Assembly: GCA_021414205.1 (NCBI GenBank) | Contig: JAIOOW010000003.1 | Location: 64,048-128,047, forward strand | Direction of reading: 5' to 3' | Length of the DNA stretch: 64,000 bases | Source: Candidatus Anderseniibacteriota bacterium | Lineage (GTDB): Bacteria > Patescibacteriota > Andersenbacteria > UBA10190 | Part shown: positions 42,794 to 53,371 of the stretch, in pieces | Layout: the number at the start of each line of letters is the position of its first letter | How positions within the stretch are numbered: the first letter of the stretch is position 1 | Made by a program: the position numbers and the translations under genes | Notes under the pieces: model-generated | The model's input: only the letters and a program-made list of their open reading frames with translations | Database searches by the model: none | Told to the model about the DNA's origin: nothing

Positions 42794-43381
42794 TTATCCT
42801 TCTTTCTTTATCAATTCAATTATTTTGGGGATTTTTGCAAAATCTGCGTAGAGGATAGGGCGTAGGTTTCCGGAGTACATTGCTGCTGCGGGATGATAGA
42901 GCGGTACGATAATGCGGCCGTTTTTTCTCTTTGGTTGTCCATGTATTTCGGAAATTGAAAATCCTTTGCCAAGCATAAAGTCCATTGAAAATCGCCCGAG
43001 TGTGATTACTATGCTTGGATCGATAATATCCAGCTGGCCCTGCAGCCATGGGCTATATGCTGCAATTTCTGCAGGAAGAGGATCACGATTATCGGGTGGG
43101 CGATGCTTGATAACGTTGGCGATAAAAATGTCTTCTCGCTTTAGGCCGATAGATCCTAATAAGTCATTTAATAGTTTCCCCGATGCTCCTACGAATGGCT
43201 TACCAAGCTCATTTTCTTTTTTCCCAGGCGCTTCTCCAATAATAACGATGTCCGCATCAGGGTTGCCGTCCCCGGGCACCGCTTGGATTGCTGTTTTGTA
43301 TAAGTCGGAAGCCTGCATGACGACGGGCAGCTCTTGCTCGGTTAATACTTTGAGCGCCTCCGCCTTTTCCTCGCGTGTCAT
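42794..43381 (-). CDS. Uracil-DNA glycosylase family 4
   Basis: IGEAPG..E...GKPFVGASG, RPPDNRDP, LYHPAA. Confidence 0.93.
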   Translation of the reverse strand: MTREEKAEALKVLTEQELPVVMQASDLYKTAIQAVPGDGNPDADIVIIGEAPGKKENELGKPFVGASGKLLNDLLGSIGLKREDIFIANVIKHRPPDNRDPLPAEIAAYSPWLQGQLDIIDPSIVITLGRFSMDFMLGKGFSISEIHGQPKRKNGRIIVPLYHPAAAMYSGNLRPILYADFAKIPKIIELIKKEG

Positions 43382-44241
43382 ACACGATGCTTTTTTAAGA
43401 AATCTAAATCCTGTTGGATAAATTCGTCGTGTTGCGTTTCCAGAATAAAGTTTATATGCGCAGTGTCGGGGTGCTTCATGAATGCAGCGAGCCCTGGTGC
43501 CCCGATTTCTCCCATGCCGATATGTTCATGACGGTCCTTATGAGCGTTTAATTCTGTTTTGGAATCGTTAAAATGTACAAGCTTAAGTTGCTTCTTGCCT
43601 AATACGGTATCAAATTGCTTCATAGTTTCTGTAATAGCTTCTTCAGTGCGGATATCGTAGTTCGATGCAAACATATGGCACGTATCCAGGCACACGTGGA
43701 CATCGTCGCGCCCAATGCCTTCTAGCAATACGGCTAATTCTTCAAATGAATCGCCAAGCACTGCGCCTGCGCCCGCACTGATCTCAAGCAAAAGCTTTGT
43801 GGTCATTTCCTCATCTGTATCAAATATTTGTTTTAAGCCTTCGATTGCGTGCGCAATGGCTTCTTTTGGTACGTCGGACGATTTTTTATCCGTAACAAAG
43901 TCTTTTGCGCTACCCAAATGCGTTACCACATATTTCACTCCAAGCTGTGTGCCTCGCAAAAGCTCCTCGCGTACGGCATTAATCGATCCGTGCCAGATCT
44001 TATTATTTTTTGATGCAAAGTTTATATAGTATGGCGTATGGATGTAACTTTCCATGCCATATTCTTTTGATCGCTTTTTAAATAAGTCCGCTTGTTCATC
44101 CGTAATCACGGGTGCCCCGCCTCCCCTAGGGCTTCGGGAGAAGAATTGGAAGCATTCTGCGCCCATCGCCTTAGCATTCTCGGGTGCATTAGAAAGCCCA
44201 CCCGCCGCAGATACGTGTAAACCGATTTTTTGATTACTCAT
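43378..44241 (-). CDS. nfo: Endonuclease IV
   Basis: GLHVSAAGG, HTPYYINFAS, LDTCHMF, HFNDSK, DRHEHIG. Confidence 0.95.
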   Translation of the reverse strand: MSNQKIGLHVSAAGGLSNAPENAKAMGAECFQFFSRSPRGGGAPVITDEQADLFKKRSKEYGMESYIHTPYYINFASKNNKIWHGSINAVREELLRGTQLGVKYVVTHLGSAKDFVTDKKSSDVPKEAIAHAIEGLKQIFDTDEEMTTKLLLEISAGAGAVLGDSFEELAVLLEGIGRDDVHVCLDTCHMFASNYDIRTEEAITETMKQFDTVLGKKQLKLVHFNDSKTELNAHKDRHEHIGMGEIGAPGLAAFMKHPDTAHINFILETQHDEFIQQDLDFLKKHRV

Positions 44242-44253
44242 AAGAGTATTGTA

Positions 44254-45744
44254 CTACCGTGCCAGCGCGTCCGCACGAATTTCGCGAATAACGTTTACTT
44301 TTACGTCTCCTGGGTATGTTAATTCCTGTTCAATTTGCTTTGCGATGTCTTGGGCTAGTTTAATTGCTTGTAAGTCATCAATTTTCTTTGGTTCTACGAA
44401 TACGCGCACTTCGCGCCCTGCGTAAATTGCATAGGCTTTATTGACGCCTTCATAGCTGGTTGCAATTTGTTCCAAGTTTTCCATGCGCTTTACATATTCT
44501 TCTACGTTTTCTTTCCGTGCACCCGGGCGTGCAGCGGAGATTGCATCTGCAACCTGAACGATGATCGCCTCGCGCGTATCGAACGGATAATCTTCGTGAT
44601 GCGCTGCGGCAGCTTTAATGATTGCTTCGCTGATATTGAATTTGCGCATGATCTTCTCCCCGATCTCTACGTGATTGCCTTCTACTTCGTGATCAATTGC
44701 TTTTCCGATGTCATGCAGTAGCGTAGCCTTCTTTGCAATTTCTACATCTGCGCCAAGTTCTTCTGCGAGCATGATAGCAATACGAGCTGCTTCCCAGCTG
44801 TGCTTTAAAATATTTTGTCGGTAGCTGGTTCGATATTTCATTCGGCCTACCAAGTGCACTAACTGCGGAGGAAAATCGAGAATTCCTAAATCAAATAATG
44901 CAGCTTCTCCGGACTCTCGAATGTCGTCGTTAATCTTCTTCTTTGCTTCTTCTACAACCTCTTCAATGCGCCCAGGATGTACGCGCCCGTCTTTCATAAG
45001 CGCCTCAATTGCTCGCTTTGCAACTTGTCTGCGTACAGGGGAAAAGCCAGACACCATGATAGTATTCCCTTCGTCGATAACAATTTCGCATCCGGTAACG
45101 CGCTCAAGGTGCTGAATGTTGCGCCCCTCTTTTCCGATGATTCTTCCAATCATAGACGCATCAGGAACGTCTACGTGCGAGGTGGAATTTTCTGCAACGT
45201 GGCTACTCGCATAGCGCTGAATAACAAGCGATAAAATATTGTGAGCCTTTTCTTCCAACTGATGCTCCCCTTCCTGTTCCATTTTTCGAACACGGCGAAC
45301 AATTTCCTCTTTCGTTCTATCTTCTGCAATTTTTAAAACATTTTGTTCGGCTTGCTGAGAGGTAAGTCCAGATATTTCAACTAATCGTTTCTGTTCCTCA
45401 TCTCGCAATGTTTCATACTGCTGTTTCTCGGACTCTAATTCAGATTTTAAATCTTGAATTTCTTGTTCCTTTTTTTCGATATCGTTTAATTTCAAATCTA
45501 GTTTTGTTTCACGCTCTGATATTCTTTTTTCTAATTCGATAATCTGTTGTTTTCGTTGATCTAATTCTTTTTCTGATTCTTCTTTTAAACTTTGAATTTT
45601 TTCTTTTGCTGATAGCAATTTTTCTTGAATTTTAGAATCAATACGCGTGCTGTTTTTCTTGCCGAGGGCAAGATGGAGGGCGTATCCAATACCAATTCCA
45701 ACTGCAGCAGCCAGCAAGGCTGGTGCCAAGGTCGCTACGTCCAT
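44254..45744 (-). CDS. rny: Ribonuclease Y
   Basis: N-terminal TM, coiled coil, KH domain (GRIIGKEGRNI), HD domain (LLHDIGK), ISAARPGAR. Confidence 0.96.
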   Translation of the reverse strand: MDVATLAPALLAAAVGIGIGYALHLALGKKNSTRIDSKIQEKLLSAKEKIQSLKEESEKELDQRKQQIIELEKRISERETKLDLKLNDIEKKEQEIQDLKSELESEKQQYETLRDEEQKRLVEISGLTSQQAEQNVLKIAEDRTKEEIVRRVRKMEQEGEHQLEEKAHNILSLVIQRYASSHVAENSTSHVDVPDASMIGRIIGKEGRNIQHLERVTGCEIVIDEGNTIMVSGFSPVRRQVAKRAIEALMKDGRVHPGRIEEVVEEAKKKINDDIRESGEAALFDLGILDFPPQLVHLVGRMKYRTSYRQNILKHSWEAARIAIMLAEELGADVEIAKKATLLHDIGKAIDHEVEGNHVEIGEKIMRKFNISEAIIKAAAAHHEDYPFDTREAIIVQVADAISAARPGARKENVEEYVKRMENLEQIATSYEGVNKAYAIYAGREVRVFVEPKKIDDLQAIKLAQDIAKQIEQELTYPGDVKVNVIREIRADALAR

Positions 45745-45786
45745 AGATTGTAAAGTGAATAGTAAGCTGTAAGAGGGGATGCCCGT

Positions 45787-46371
45787 TTACGCCTTGGTGA
45801 TAATCTTGTCGATAAGGCCGTATTCTTTGGCTTCCTCTGAGGACATATAGTAGTCTCTGTCCGTATCTTTTTCCACTTTTTTGAAATCCTGTCCGGTATG
45901 GTGAGCTAGTACATGATTAAGCTTGTCTTTTGTCTTGAGAATGTGACGAGCAGTAATTTCAATGTCAGATGCTTGCCCCTCAGCTCCGCCTAGGACTTGG
46001 TGAATCATCACTTCTGCATTCGGAAGCGCAAAACGCTTGCCAGGAGCTCCTGCAGCAAGTAATACTGCACCCATACTAGCCGCAATACCCATGCAAATGG
46101 TTGAAACATCTGGTTGAATAAACTGCATCGTATCGTACATCGCCATACCAGCTGTAACTTGGCCCCCTGGAGAGTTGATATACAACTTGATATCTTTCTT
46201 CGGATCTTCGTGTTCTAAGAAGATGAGCTGAGCAATAACCAGGTTTGCAACATCTTCATCGATTGCGCCAGCAAGAAAAATAATGCGTTCTTTTAATAAC
46301 CGCGAATAAATATCAAAAGCCCTCTCTCCGAATTGTGATTTTTCGAGAACTGTTGGAACTAAATAGCTCAT
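45787..46371 (-). CDS. clpP: ATP-dependent Clp protease proteolytic subunit
   Basis: [29 protein letters not shown]. Confidence 0.97.
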   Translation of the reverse strand: MSYLVPTVLEKSQFGERAFDIYSRLLKERIIFLAGAIDEDVANLVIAQLIFLEHEDPKKDIKLYINSPGGQVTAGMAMYDTMQFIQPDVSTICMGIAASMGAVLLAAGAPGKRFALPNAEVMIHQVLGGAEGQASDIEITARHILKTKDKLNHVLAHHTGQDFKKVEKDTDRDYYMSSEEAKEYGLIDKIITKA

Positions 46372-46429
46372 AAAATAGGTAATAAGATATAAATGCAAAT
46401 ACTTCTACTTGCAAGTATACCCTAAGAAA

Positions 46430-47716
46430 CTATTTTCCTGCGAGGGATCCTAAGAGCTCCAGTGTCTTTTTATTTTTAAGTACGCTTTCTACGTAATCTT
46501 GCAGTTCATGCGGGTCAACTTCGTCGTGTGCGTGCTCTGCTGATGCAAAGTGGGCGAGTTGTTTGTTTGCTTCCTCGGTGATTTCTTCTTGTGTAAGGGT
46601 AACATCATGTTTCTTTGCAAACTCGCGAAGCGCCAAGCCAATCTTTACATGTTTTTCAGCAGATTCTTTCATGGAATCGCGCATTTTTTGGAGAGAAGAT
46701 TCGTGTTCGAGCATATATTCTTCCAGAGTTTTTTGCTGATATGCAAGCATGCGGGCAAACTCTTCCATGCGTCGATCGATTTCATGTTCAATGAGTGATT
46801 GCGGAATGATTCCGAACGTAGATTTTTCAGACAACTGCTCTGCAAGTTCTCCTAGGTATCGTTCCAATTCTTTGGCGGTGTCTTCTTCAAGAATATTTTT
46901 CTTGAGCTGGTCTTTTAATTCCTGAAGTGTTTTAAATGATCCAACGCTTTCTGCGAATACATCGTCAAGCTGAGGAATAACTCTTTCTTGAACAGTGTGT
47001 ACGTGGGCATGCACTTCCGCTTTTTTGCCGGCAATTTCTTTCTTACTGTAATCTTTGGGGAATGTAACGGTGAACGTTTTATCTTCTCCGGCACTTGCTC
47101 CGAGCAATGCTTCTTCGAATCCAGGAATGAATCGTCCTTCGCCAAGCGTAATCGGATGATTCTTGCTTTCTCCGCCTTCAATAACGCTTCCGTCGATCAT
47201 TACTTTGAAGTCGATTGTTACAAGATCTTCTTTTTTAGCAGCACGTTGCACATCTTGAAGCGTACTTCGCATGCGAGCAATGCGCTTAAGTTCTTGCTCA
47301 ACTTGATCATCGGTAACGGTTATTTCTTTTTTCTTTGCTTTGAGTGTCGATGGTTCTGCAAGTTTAATTGCAGGAATAACTTCAACGACAGCAGTGAAGT
47401 GTAGCGGTTCATCGAATCCGATTTTGTGAACAGAGATTGCAGGGCGATTTACTGCCTGGACATCTTTTTCAACTGCAGCGTGTGCAAAGAAATAGGGCAG
47501 CGCATCGTTCATTGCATCTTGAAGAATATGATCTCTGCCAATTTGTTCCAGCGCCATTTCTTTTGGAGCCTTTCCGGGTCGAAATCCTTTAATATGTACG
47601 TCTTTAGATAATGTTGCGATTGTTCTGTCGATAAACGGCTTAAAGTCTGTCGCAGAAACAATAACGTCCATTTCGATTTCCGCAGTGTCTTTGCGGGGAG
47701 TAATAGTGATTTCCAT
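46430..47716 (-). CDS. tig: Trigger factor
   Basis: GFRPGKAP signature, FKBP domain FIPGFEEAL. Confidence 0.95.
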   Translation of the reverse strand: MEITITPRKDTAEIEMDVIVSATDFKPFIDRTIATLSKDVHIKGFRPGKAPKEMALEQIGRDHILQDAMNDALPYFFAHAAVEKDVQAVNRPAISVHKIGFDEPLHFTAVVEVIPAIKLAEPSTLKAKKKEITVTDDQVEQELKRIARMRSTLQDVQRAAKKEDLVTIDFKVMIDGSVIEGGESKNHPITLGEGRFIPGFEEALLGASAGEDKTFTVTFPKDYSKKEIAGKKAEVHAHVHTVQERVIPQLDDVFAESVGSFKTLQELKDQLKKNILEEDTAKELERYLGELAEQLSEKSTFGIIPQSLIEHEIDRRMEEFARMLAYQQKTLEEYMLEHESSLQKMRDSMKESAEKHVKIGLALREFAKKHDVTLTQEEITEEANKQLAHFASAEHAHDEVDPHELQDYVESVLKNKKTLELLGSLAGK

Positions 47717-47718
47717 AA

Positions 47719-48873
47719 TTATGCTTGTGGTTCAGATTCTGTTGATTCTTCTGTCGCTGGCGCTTCAACCGCTGCTTCTATCGGAGCTGCCTCAGTTTCT
47801 GCTGTTGGTTCTTCACCCGCTTTCACAATGTCGATTCTCCAACCAGTCAACTTTGCCGCAAGGCGAACGTTCTGTCCGCGTTTTCCGATTGCAAGGCTGA
47901 GCTGATCTTCTTCAACGTGTGCGATTGCTCGCTTTTCTTCCTCAAAAATATCAACTGCAATAATGCGAGCAGGGGATAATGCGAATCCGATGAATCGAGC
48001 AATGTCGTCATCCCATTGAATAACGTCGATCTTTTCTCCGGATAGTTCAGCAATAATTGTTTGGATGCGAGTACCTCGCTGTCCGATACATGCTCCGACT
48101 GGGTCTACGCCCTCTTCTGTTGCAAGAACGGCAACCTTGGATCGCTCCCCGGCTTCGCGAGCAATTGCTTTGATTTCAACAGTGCCTGCGAATACTTCCG
48201 GAACCTCCATTTCAAATAACCTTCGCAACATTCCTGGGTGGCTTCGAGATAGTAAGATCTCTGGCCCTCGGCTCGTAAGCGCAACCTTAACTACGTATAC
48301 GCGAATACGCTGATTTACTCGGTAGCGTTCCCCGCGAACTTGTTCGCTTGGAAAGAGCACGCCTGTTGTGCGTCCAATATCGATAAATACCGTTTCGCCC
48401 TCAATGCGCTGAACGATTCCAGAGATGATCTCGCCTTCTTTGTCTTGGAATTCGTCGAACGTAGCTTCTCGCTCAGCTTCGCGAATGCGTTGAATAATAA
48501 CTTGCTTTGCGGTTTGTGCAGCAACTCGTCCGTAGTGCGGGTCTTGCGGAGTTACCTCTTCTACATACTCTTTCCCGATCTCTGCTGCCTTGTCCGTTTC
48601 TTTTGCTTGCTCGAGTGTTAACTGCGCAGCAGGATTTTCGACGCCCTCAGCGCCTTCTGCTAATTCCATGACCGTCATTACCTTAAAGATACGAGCAGTA
48701 CCATCCTCTTCGTTGAATTCAGCTCGAATATCCTGTCCGCGTTCCCCGAAGTCTTTTCGGTATGCTGCGGCAAGGGCTTGTTCGATAGTATCTAGTACCT
48801 TTTCTTTGCTAATTCCTTTTTCTGCAACGATTTGGTCGATTGCTAGGCTGAAGGATGGTGTATCACTGCTCAT
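47719..48873 (-). CDS. nusA: Transcription termination factor NusA
   Basis: [43 protein letters not shown]. Confidence 0.97.
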   Translation of the reverse strand: MSSDTPSFSLAIDQIVAEKGISKEKVLDTIEQALAAAYRKDFGERGQDIRAEFNEEDGTARIFKVMTVMELAEGAEGVENPAAQLTLEQAKETDKAAEIGKEYVEEVTPQDPHYGRVAAQTAKQVIIQRIREAEREATFDEFQDKEGEIISGIVQRIEGETVFIDIGRTTGVLFPSEQVRGERYRVNQRIRVYVVKVALTSRGPEILLSRSHPGMLRRLFEMEVPEVFAGTVEIKAIAREAGERSKVAVLATEEGVDPVGACIGQRGTRIQTIIAELSGEKIDVIQWDDDIARFIGFALSPARIIAVDIFEEEKRAIAHVEEDQLSLAIGKRGQNVRLAAKLTGWRIDIVKAGEEPTAETEAAPIEAAVEAPATEESTESEPQA

Positions 48874-48897
48874 AATAAGTTGTATAGTATTAAGTTT

Positions 48898-48932
48898 TAA
48901 TAACGAGAATTCCGCGGGGCTCACCGCGGAAT
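48898..48932 (-). promoter_or_regulatory. nusA leader hairpin (candidate NusA-dependent attenuator)
   Basis: ATTCCGCGG-N6-CCGCGGAAT followed by an interrupted U-tract. Confidence 0.45.
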
Positions 48933-48953
48933 CTGATGTATTTATGTATATCA

Positions 48954-49322
48954 CTAGATGCTCATCGTGTCAAAAGCGTCCTGTATGTGGGTTATCTCAG
49001 GGTCTTTGTAAGGAATAAACTCGATAGATACAACATCAAAGCGCGCGTCGCCCCAATAATTCTCTTTTACCTGATACATGCGAGCTGTTTTAATCAGCTT
49101 TTGTTGTTTTTGCCAGAACACCGTTTCAAGGCCCTGTCCGAATGTTGTTGATGCGCGAGCGCGCACTTCTACAAACACTCGCGTCTGCTTATCATTAAAT
49201 ATCAAATCAATTTCCCCAGTCTTCCAACTCCAATTGGAAGTTATAAATGTATAGCCAAGCTTGATCAGGTATTCTTTAGCAACTCGCTCGCCCTCAGCTC
49301 CTATTTGTTGCGTACTCCCCAT
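48954..49322 (-). CDS. yraN: YraN family (UPF0102) PD-(D/E)XK nuclease
   Basis: GAEGE, GEIDLI, FVEVRAR, RFDVV. Confidence 0.92.
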   Translation of the reverse strand: MGSTQQIGAEGERVAKEYLIKLGYTFITSNWSWKTGEIDLIFNDKQTRVFVEVRARASTTFGQGLETVFWQKQQKLIKTARMYQVKENYWGDARFDVVSIEFIPYKDPEITHIQDAFDTMSI

Positions 49323-50181
49323 ATTTCAACAACACATTTGATCCGCTCGATTCAAATAATCGAATTAATCGTTGCTCGTCTAAACTATTGAGTTCGGAAA
49401 AAATAGTAGTGTGCGGCAAGATACTTAAAACTTCAGCATCGCTCATTGATCGAATATCCAAACCGGTAACGCATGAATCGGGCGATGATCGCATTCCCGC
49501 CGCATGTGCTACTGCTATGCATGTATACAGATTGTCACTCGAAAATATTTTAACTGATGAAATATTTTTCTGTGCAATTTCTTGATGAATAGAATCAATG
49601 CCTTCGCGCATGTGTAACGGAATACTGAATGCACCGAGCCACTGAAATTGGTTCATAGAATTTTTATGAATTGCTGATTCGTATTGTTCTCGACGAGCTA
49701 TCGCAATAACCTTATTTCTTTTTCTCATGATGCTCTCAAGATTTTTTTGTAGTGCAAATTTTTCCGCACTTGGCATATAGGTGACATGCAATACATCGGC
49801 AGGGCTGCCGGAGATAAGTAAAATATTTTCACCTTGCGTGCGGTGTGTTACTAATTGAGCTTCTAAAGAAGTGTTGTGAATATGTTGCAGCGCATCTAAA
49901 AATTTCCAGTATCTCAAAATAGATTCGTGATCTTTATGTTTTTCTTTTTTATCTTTATGCATATGAGCAAGCGCGACGAGCGACAATTCTTCCTGTTCAT
50001 TTTTAGGATCTTCTGCGAGGTCGTACGTTGTACCATCTGCGTATATAATATTTTGAATCCGCAAGTCTGGTTGCGTATAGATGTCCGTATAGTCTGTGCA
50101 CAATATAGTTGTATCACTCACGACATTAGTATACACGAGAGAGTATGATCGTGCATGATGCAAGCCAAGCAAGTGCTCCAA
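49294..50181 (-). CDS. Soluble degenerate P-type ATPase N/P-domain protein
   Basis: ILCTDYTDIYTQ, SGSPADV, FSSDNLYTCIAVAHAAG, VTGLDIRSMSDAE, IFSELN; start uncertain (GTG 50136/50121 possible). Confidence 0.7.
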   Translation of the reverse strand: MEHLLGLHHARSYSLVYTNVVSDTTILCTDYTDIYTQPDLRIQNIIYADGTTYDLAEDPKNEQEELSLVALAHMHKDKKEKHKDHESILRYWKFLDALQHIHNTSLEAQLVTHRTQGENILLISGSPADVLHVTYMPSAEKFALQKNLESIMRKRNKVIAIARREQYESAIHKNSMNQFQWLGAFSIPLHMREGIDSIHQEIAQKNISSVKIFSSDNLYTCIAVAHAAGMRSSPDSCVTGLDIRSMSDAEVLSILPHTTIFSELNSLDEQRLIRLFESSGSNVLLKYGEYATNRS

Positions 50182-51286
50182 TTTGAGTTACAAAATAATG
50201 ATCAAAAAATAATGCGGGCAGTATAGTGAACAATATCCATGCATTATGTTTGTAGATAAAATATATGATTGTCAGAAAGATTATCGCAGCTAAAAATATC
50301 CCGAACTCCATGACCAGAAAAATAGGAACAGAATGTACTGGAGCAATATCCCACGCAAAATGCGGTATCGAATTTGATTCCAGTTGGGCACTGAGCGCCT
50401 TCTCGTAATTTCCCAATCCCAATCCCCGAATCAGCGTTCTTGGTGTAGCCATATCTTTTGCCCAGATTAATCCTTCTAATCGATCATGGGCCGCAACGTC
50501 GCGAGAGTCAGTAGATCGTCCTACTAAGAGTGGTGAAAAAAGAGCAATCAAGATGAGCATACTTAGAATGATTATTCTTTTCTTTTCTCTAAGGGCTATA
50601 TATATGCCGATAAGAATTGCAGATAGGATTGCCGTTCTGGAAAAAGTCGCGAGCAGCCCAATGTAAAGCGATGCAAATAGCGAATAGGTGAATAGTTTTG
50701 TTTTTATCGTAACCCTGGTTAGCAGTAGTATTGCTACCGCTAGTACGCCGCCCAAGATATTGGCATGAGCGAAAGGACCGTATGATCTTATAAACTTTTG
50801 ATCGTGGATATAAAACGATGCAACACCCGAGGTATTTATATTCAGTACAGATTCGCCAATTTTTATAAGTCCCAGATCGTGTTGCAGTATGAATTGTGCA
50901 GCTCCCCATTGTGCATACAGCGATGTGCAGGCTATGTATGTAAGCGCGATATATATAGCTTGTTTTTTTGCACTACTACTAATTGTCGCCGTGATCAGGA
51001 GCAGAGTTAAAAACGAATATACTAATGCGACGGATGAAATTCTATGAAGCCCAATCAATGCGCTTAGAGTAATAAGACTCGTAGATCCTAGAAAAAAATA
51101 CACATATTTTTGCTGAACACGTTTATAGTTCAGTCCAAAAAATATAATCAGAGCACCAAAAATAATTACCAACCAGCTCCACGTGCTACGGGTAAGGCTT
51201 GAATCGTCAATTGAAGCGCGTACAAGAGGTAGTACTGACAGGATGACTACAAGAATGCTGTTGGTGATAGACGCTCGCTTGGTCAT
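50126..51286 (-). CDS. O-antigen ligase / O-oligosaccharyltransferase family membrane protein
   Basis: Many TM helices; RSYGPFAHANILG, TFSRTA, GLGLGNY, PVHS..EFG. Confidence 0.85.
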   Translation of the reverse strand: MTKRASITNSILVVILSVLPLVRASIDDSSLTRSTWSWLVIIFGALIIFFGLNYKRVQQKYVYFFLGSTSLITLSALIGLHRISSVALVYSFLTLLLITATISSSAKKQAIYIALTYIACTSLYAQWGAAQFILQHDLGLIKIGESVLNINTSGVASFYIHDQKFIRSYGPFAHANILGGVLAVAILLLTRVTIKTKLFTYSLFASLYIGLLATFSRTAILSAILIGIYIALREKKRIIILSMLILIALFSPLLVGRSTDSRDVAAHDRLEGLIWAKDMATPRTLIRGLGLGNYEKALSAQLESNSIPHFAWDIAPVHSVPIFLVMEFGIFLAAIIFLTIIYFIYKHNAWILFTILPALFFDHYFVTQIGALAWLASCTIILSRVY

Positions 51287-51315
51287 GATCGTATCGTATC
51301 ATGACTGCCTGAACA

Positions 51316-52467
51316 CTATTTCTTTTTTTCTTTTTTGGATTTTTTTGGCGCTGGGAGCTCTTCTTCTTTGAGGCTCAACCCAAGGCGATGCTCTTTTGGT
51401 TCAAGAGAAATAATAGTGAATTCCATCGTGTCTCCAACATGCAGATGCGCGGTAGGATCTTTTTGAATATCCAAAGGCAATTCAGATACGTGTACGAGGC
51501 CGTGAATATCTTTATCTAGCTGCACAAATCCTCCGAATGGCGTAACTTTTAGGATTTTCCCTTTTACCTTGTCATTCACATTGTATTTTTCAGCAGCTTT
51601 AAGCCAAGGGTCTTGCTGGAGTTGCTTGATTGAAAGAGATATGCGGAGTCCATTGTCGATTCCGATTACCTTTGCGTGTACTTTTTCTCCAACGCTCAAG
51701 ATATCCGCCGGATTATCAATTCTCTGCCATGCGATTTCAGAAATATGTACGAGACCTTCAAGCTCCTGACCTTTTTCTTCAAACTTTACGAATGCTCCGA
51801 AGTCAACGATACCGCTTACAACACCTTCTACTGTTTTTCCCTGTCCTAGATTATCTAGAGTAGTGCTCATTTCGTCGCTTACTGCAGCTTTTTCTGAAAC
51901 GATAAGCTTCTCATTTTCTTGGTCAATCGTAATGGCTTTAATCTTGAACATTTGTCCGACGTAGCTTTGGAGACGTTCCTGGATCTTTGACTTATCCCCA
52001 CCTTCAACTCGTGGATAGTGATCTGGTGCAAGCTGTGAGACAGGTAAAAAGCCGGTAACGCCGTTCACTCGTACAATAAGGCCACCCTTATTTGCATCAA
52101 TAATCTCGCTTTCGAAAGCAACGTCATCGTCAAGTTTTCGTCGGAGCTCTTCCCAGCTGCGTTCTCGAGTAGCTGTTCTAAGAGATAATTCAATATATCC
52201 TTCTTCGTTATCGAGTGCCTGAATAGTAGCTTGGACAGTATCTCCGATTTTTGAACGCTTGAATGTATCGATATCATCGAACAATTCTTTGCCATATATA
52301 ACTCCTACTCCGAATCTTCCAATATCAACGTAGAGCGCATTGCTTGTTTTCTCTAGAATTGATCCGGTAAGAACCTCTCCTACTACGGGTACATGAGCCA
52401 AGTCGTCGTGTTTCCCTAGTAATTCTTCCATGTTGATTTGCTTCGTTCCAGGTGTTGCGGTTTTCAT
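51316..52467 (-). CDS. rpsA: 30S ribosomal protein S1 (four S1 domains)
   Basis: NKGGL, GFLPVSQ, DFGAFV..GLVHISE, FGGFV..GLVHVSE. Confidence 0.93.
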   Translation of the reverse strand: MKTATPGTKQINMEELLGKHDDLAHVPVVGEVLTGSILEKTSNALYVDIGRFGVGVIYGKELFDDIDTFKRSKIGDTVQATIQALDNEEGYIELSLRTATRERSWEELRRKLDDDVAFESEIIDANKGGLIVRVNGVTGFLPVSQLAPDHYPRVEGGDKSKIQERLQSYVGQMFKIKAITIDQENEKLIVSEKAAVSDEMSTTLDNLGQGKTVEGVVSGIVDFGAFVKFEEKGQELEGLVHISEIAWQRIDNPADILSVGEKVHAKVIGIDNGLRISLSIKQLQQDPWLKAAEKYNVNDKVKGKILKVTPFGGFVQLDKDIHGLVHVSELPLDIQKDPTAHLHVGDTMEFTIISLEPKEHRLGLSLKEEELPAPKKSKKEKKK

Positions 52468-52561
52468 GCCCCGTATCATGACATATGCAATATAAATGGT
52501 CAATAAGAGTTTTTAGATTGCTTGCCAGCCCTTCAAAATCCAAGTATTCTTTATTCCATCT

Positions 52562-53191
52562 ATGCAGATCTCATGGCACGGCCAATACACAGTTAAAGTC
52601 GTTACAAAAGAGGTTACTCTTATTCTTGATCCGTATTCTCCGGCAGTTGGATTGCCTCCTTTTCGTGCAAAAGGCGACATTGTTTCCCTTACAAATCCAG
52701 CAGACGAAACTATGAGCCAGATTAGTGGCGTTCAAGGAGAACCGCTTGTTATTAGTACTCCTGGGGAATATTCCGTCAAAGGGCTTACGCTACACTCTCT
52801 TGGCTGGGCGCCAGAAGGCGGAGTTGAGCGGAACGTACAGAGATGGGTTATAGAGGATATGGTTGTGTTGCATATAGGGGCGTTGAACCGGGAATTTGAG
52901 GAAAAAGAGCTTCAGGAGCTAGAGCGAACCGATGTAGACGTATTGCTTATCCCTATTGGAGGAGGTTCCGGTCTCAATACAAAGCAGGCTCTTAAGATGG
53001 TAGCAACGCTAGAGCCGCGAGTGGTTATCCCTATTCACTACAAGCTCCCTGGTCTTAAGGAAGAATTGGAGGACGTAAAGACATTTGCTACGGAAATGGG
53101 CGCAGACGCTGCTGTGGCGGAAAAGAAAATTATATTAAAGAAGGGCAAGCTTCCTCAAGATGATGTTTTAACTGCTATTCTTGTCCCCTAG
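52562..53191 (+). CDS. MBL-fold protein with degenerate metal site
   Basis: ISWHGQ, ILDPY, PGEY, DVLLIPIGG, PIHY; HxHxDH motif absent. Confidence 0.85.
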   Translation: MQISWHGQYTVKVVTKEVTLILDPYSPAVGLPPFRAKGDIVSLTNPADETMSQISGVQGEPLVISTPGEYSVKGLTLHSLGWAPEGGVERNVQRWVIEDMVVLHIGALNREFEEKELQELERTDVDVLLIPIGGGSGLNTKQALKMVATLEPRVVIPIHYKLPGLKEELEDVKTFATEMGADAAVAEKKIILKKGKLPQDDVLTAILVP

Positions 53192-53197
53192 TGTTGT

Positions 53198-53359
53198 ATG
53201 AAGAATTTTATTGAAAAAAAGATACGAGACATCCAGCAGCAACCGGACAATGTACGCGCTCGGACTGTCCTTATATTTACCGTTTGCGCTACTATTGTAG
53301 TAGTGTTGATGTGGGTAGCGTTATTATTACCAGCACAGCTCCGCATAGCAGTTCACTAA
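53198..53359 (+). CDS. Small single-TM protein (53 aa)
   Basis: Manually translated MKNFIEKKIRDIQQQPDNVRARTVLIFTVCATIVVVLMWVALLLPAQLRIAVH; fills the gap between the MBL gene and gyrA. Confidence 0.7.
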   Translation: MKNFIEKKIRDIQQQPDNVRARTVLIFTVCATIVVVLMWVALLLPAQLRIAVH

Positions 53360-53371
53360 TTGTAGACACGT

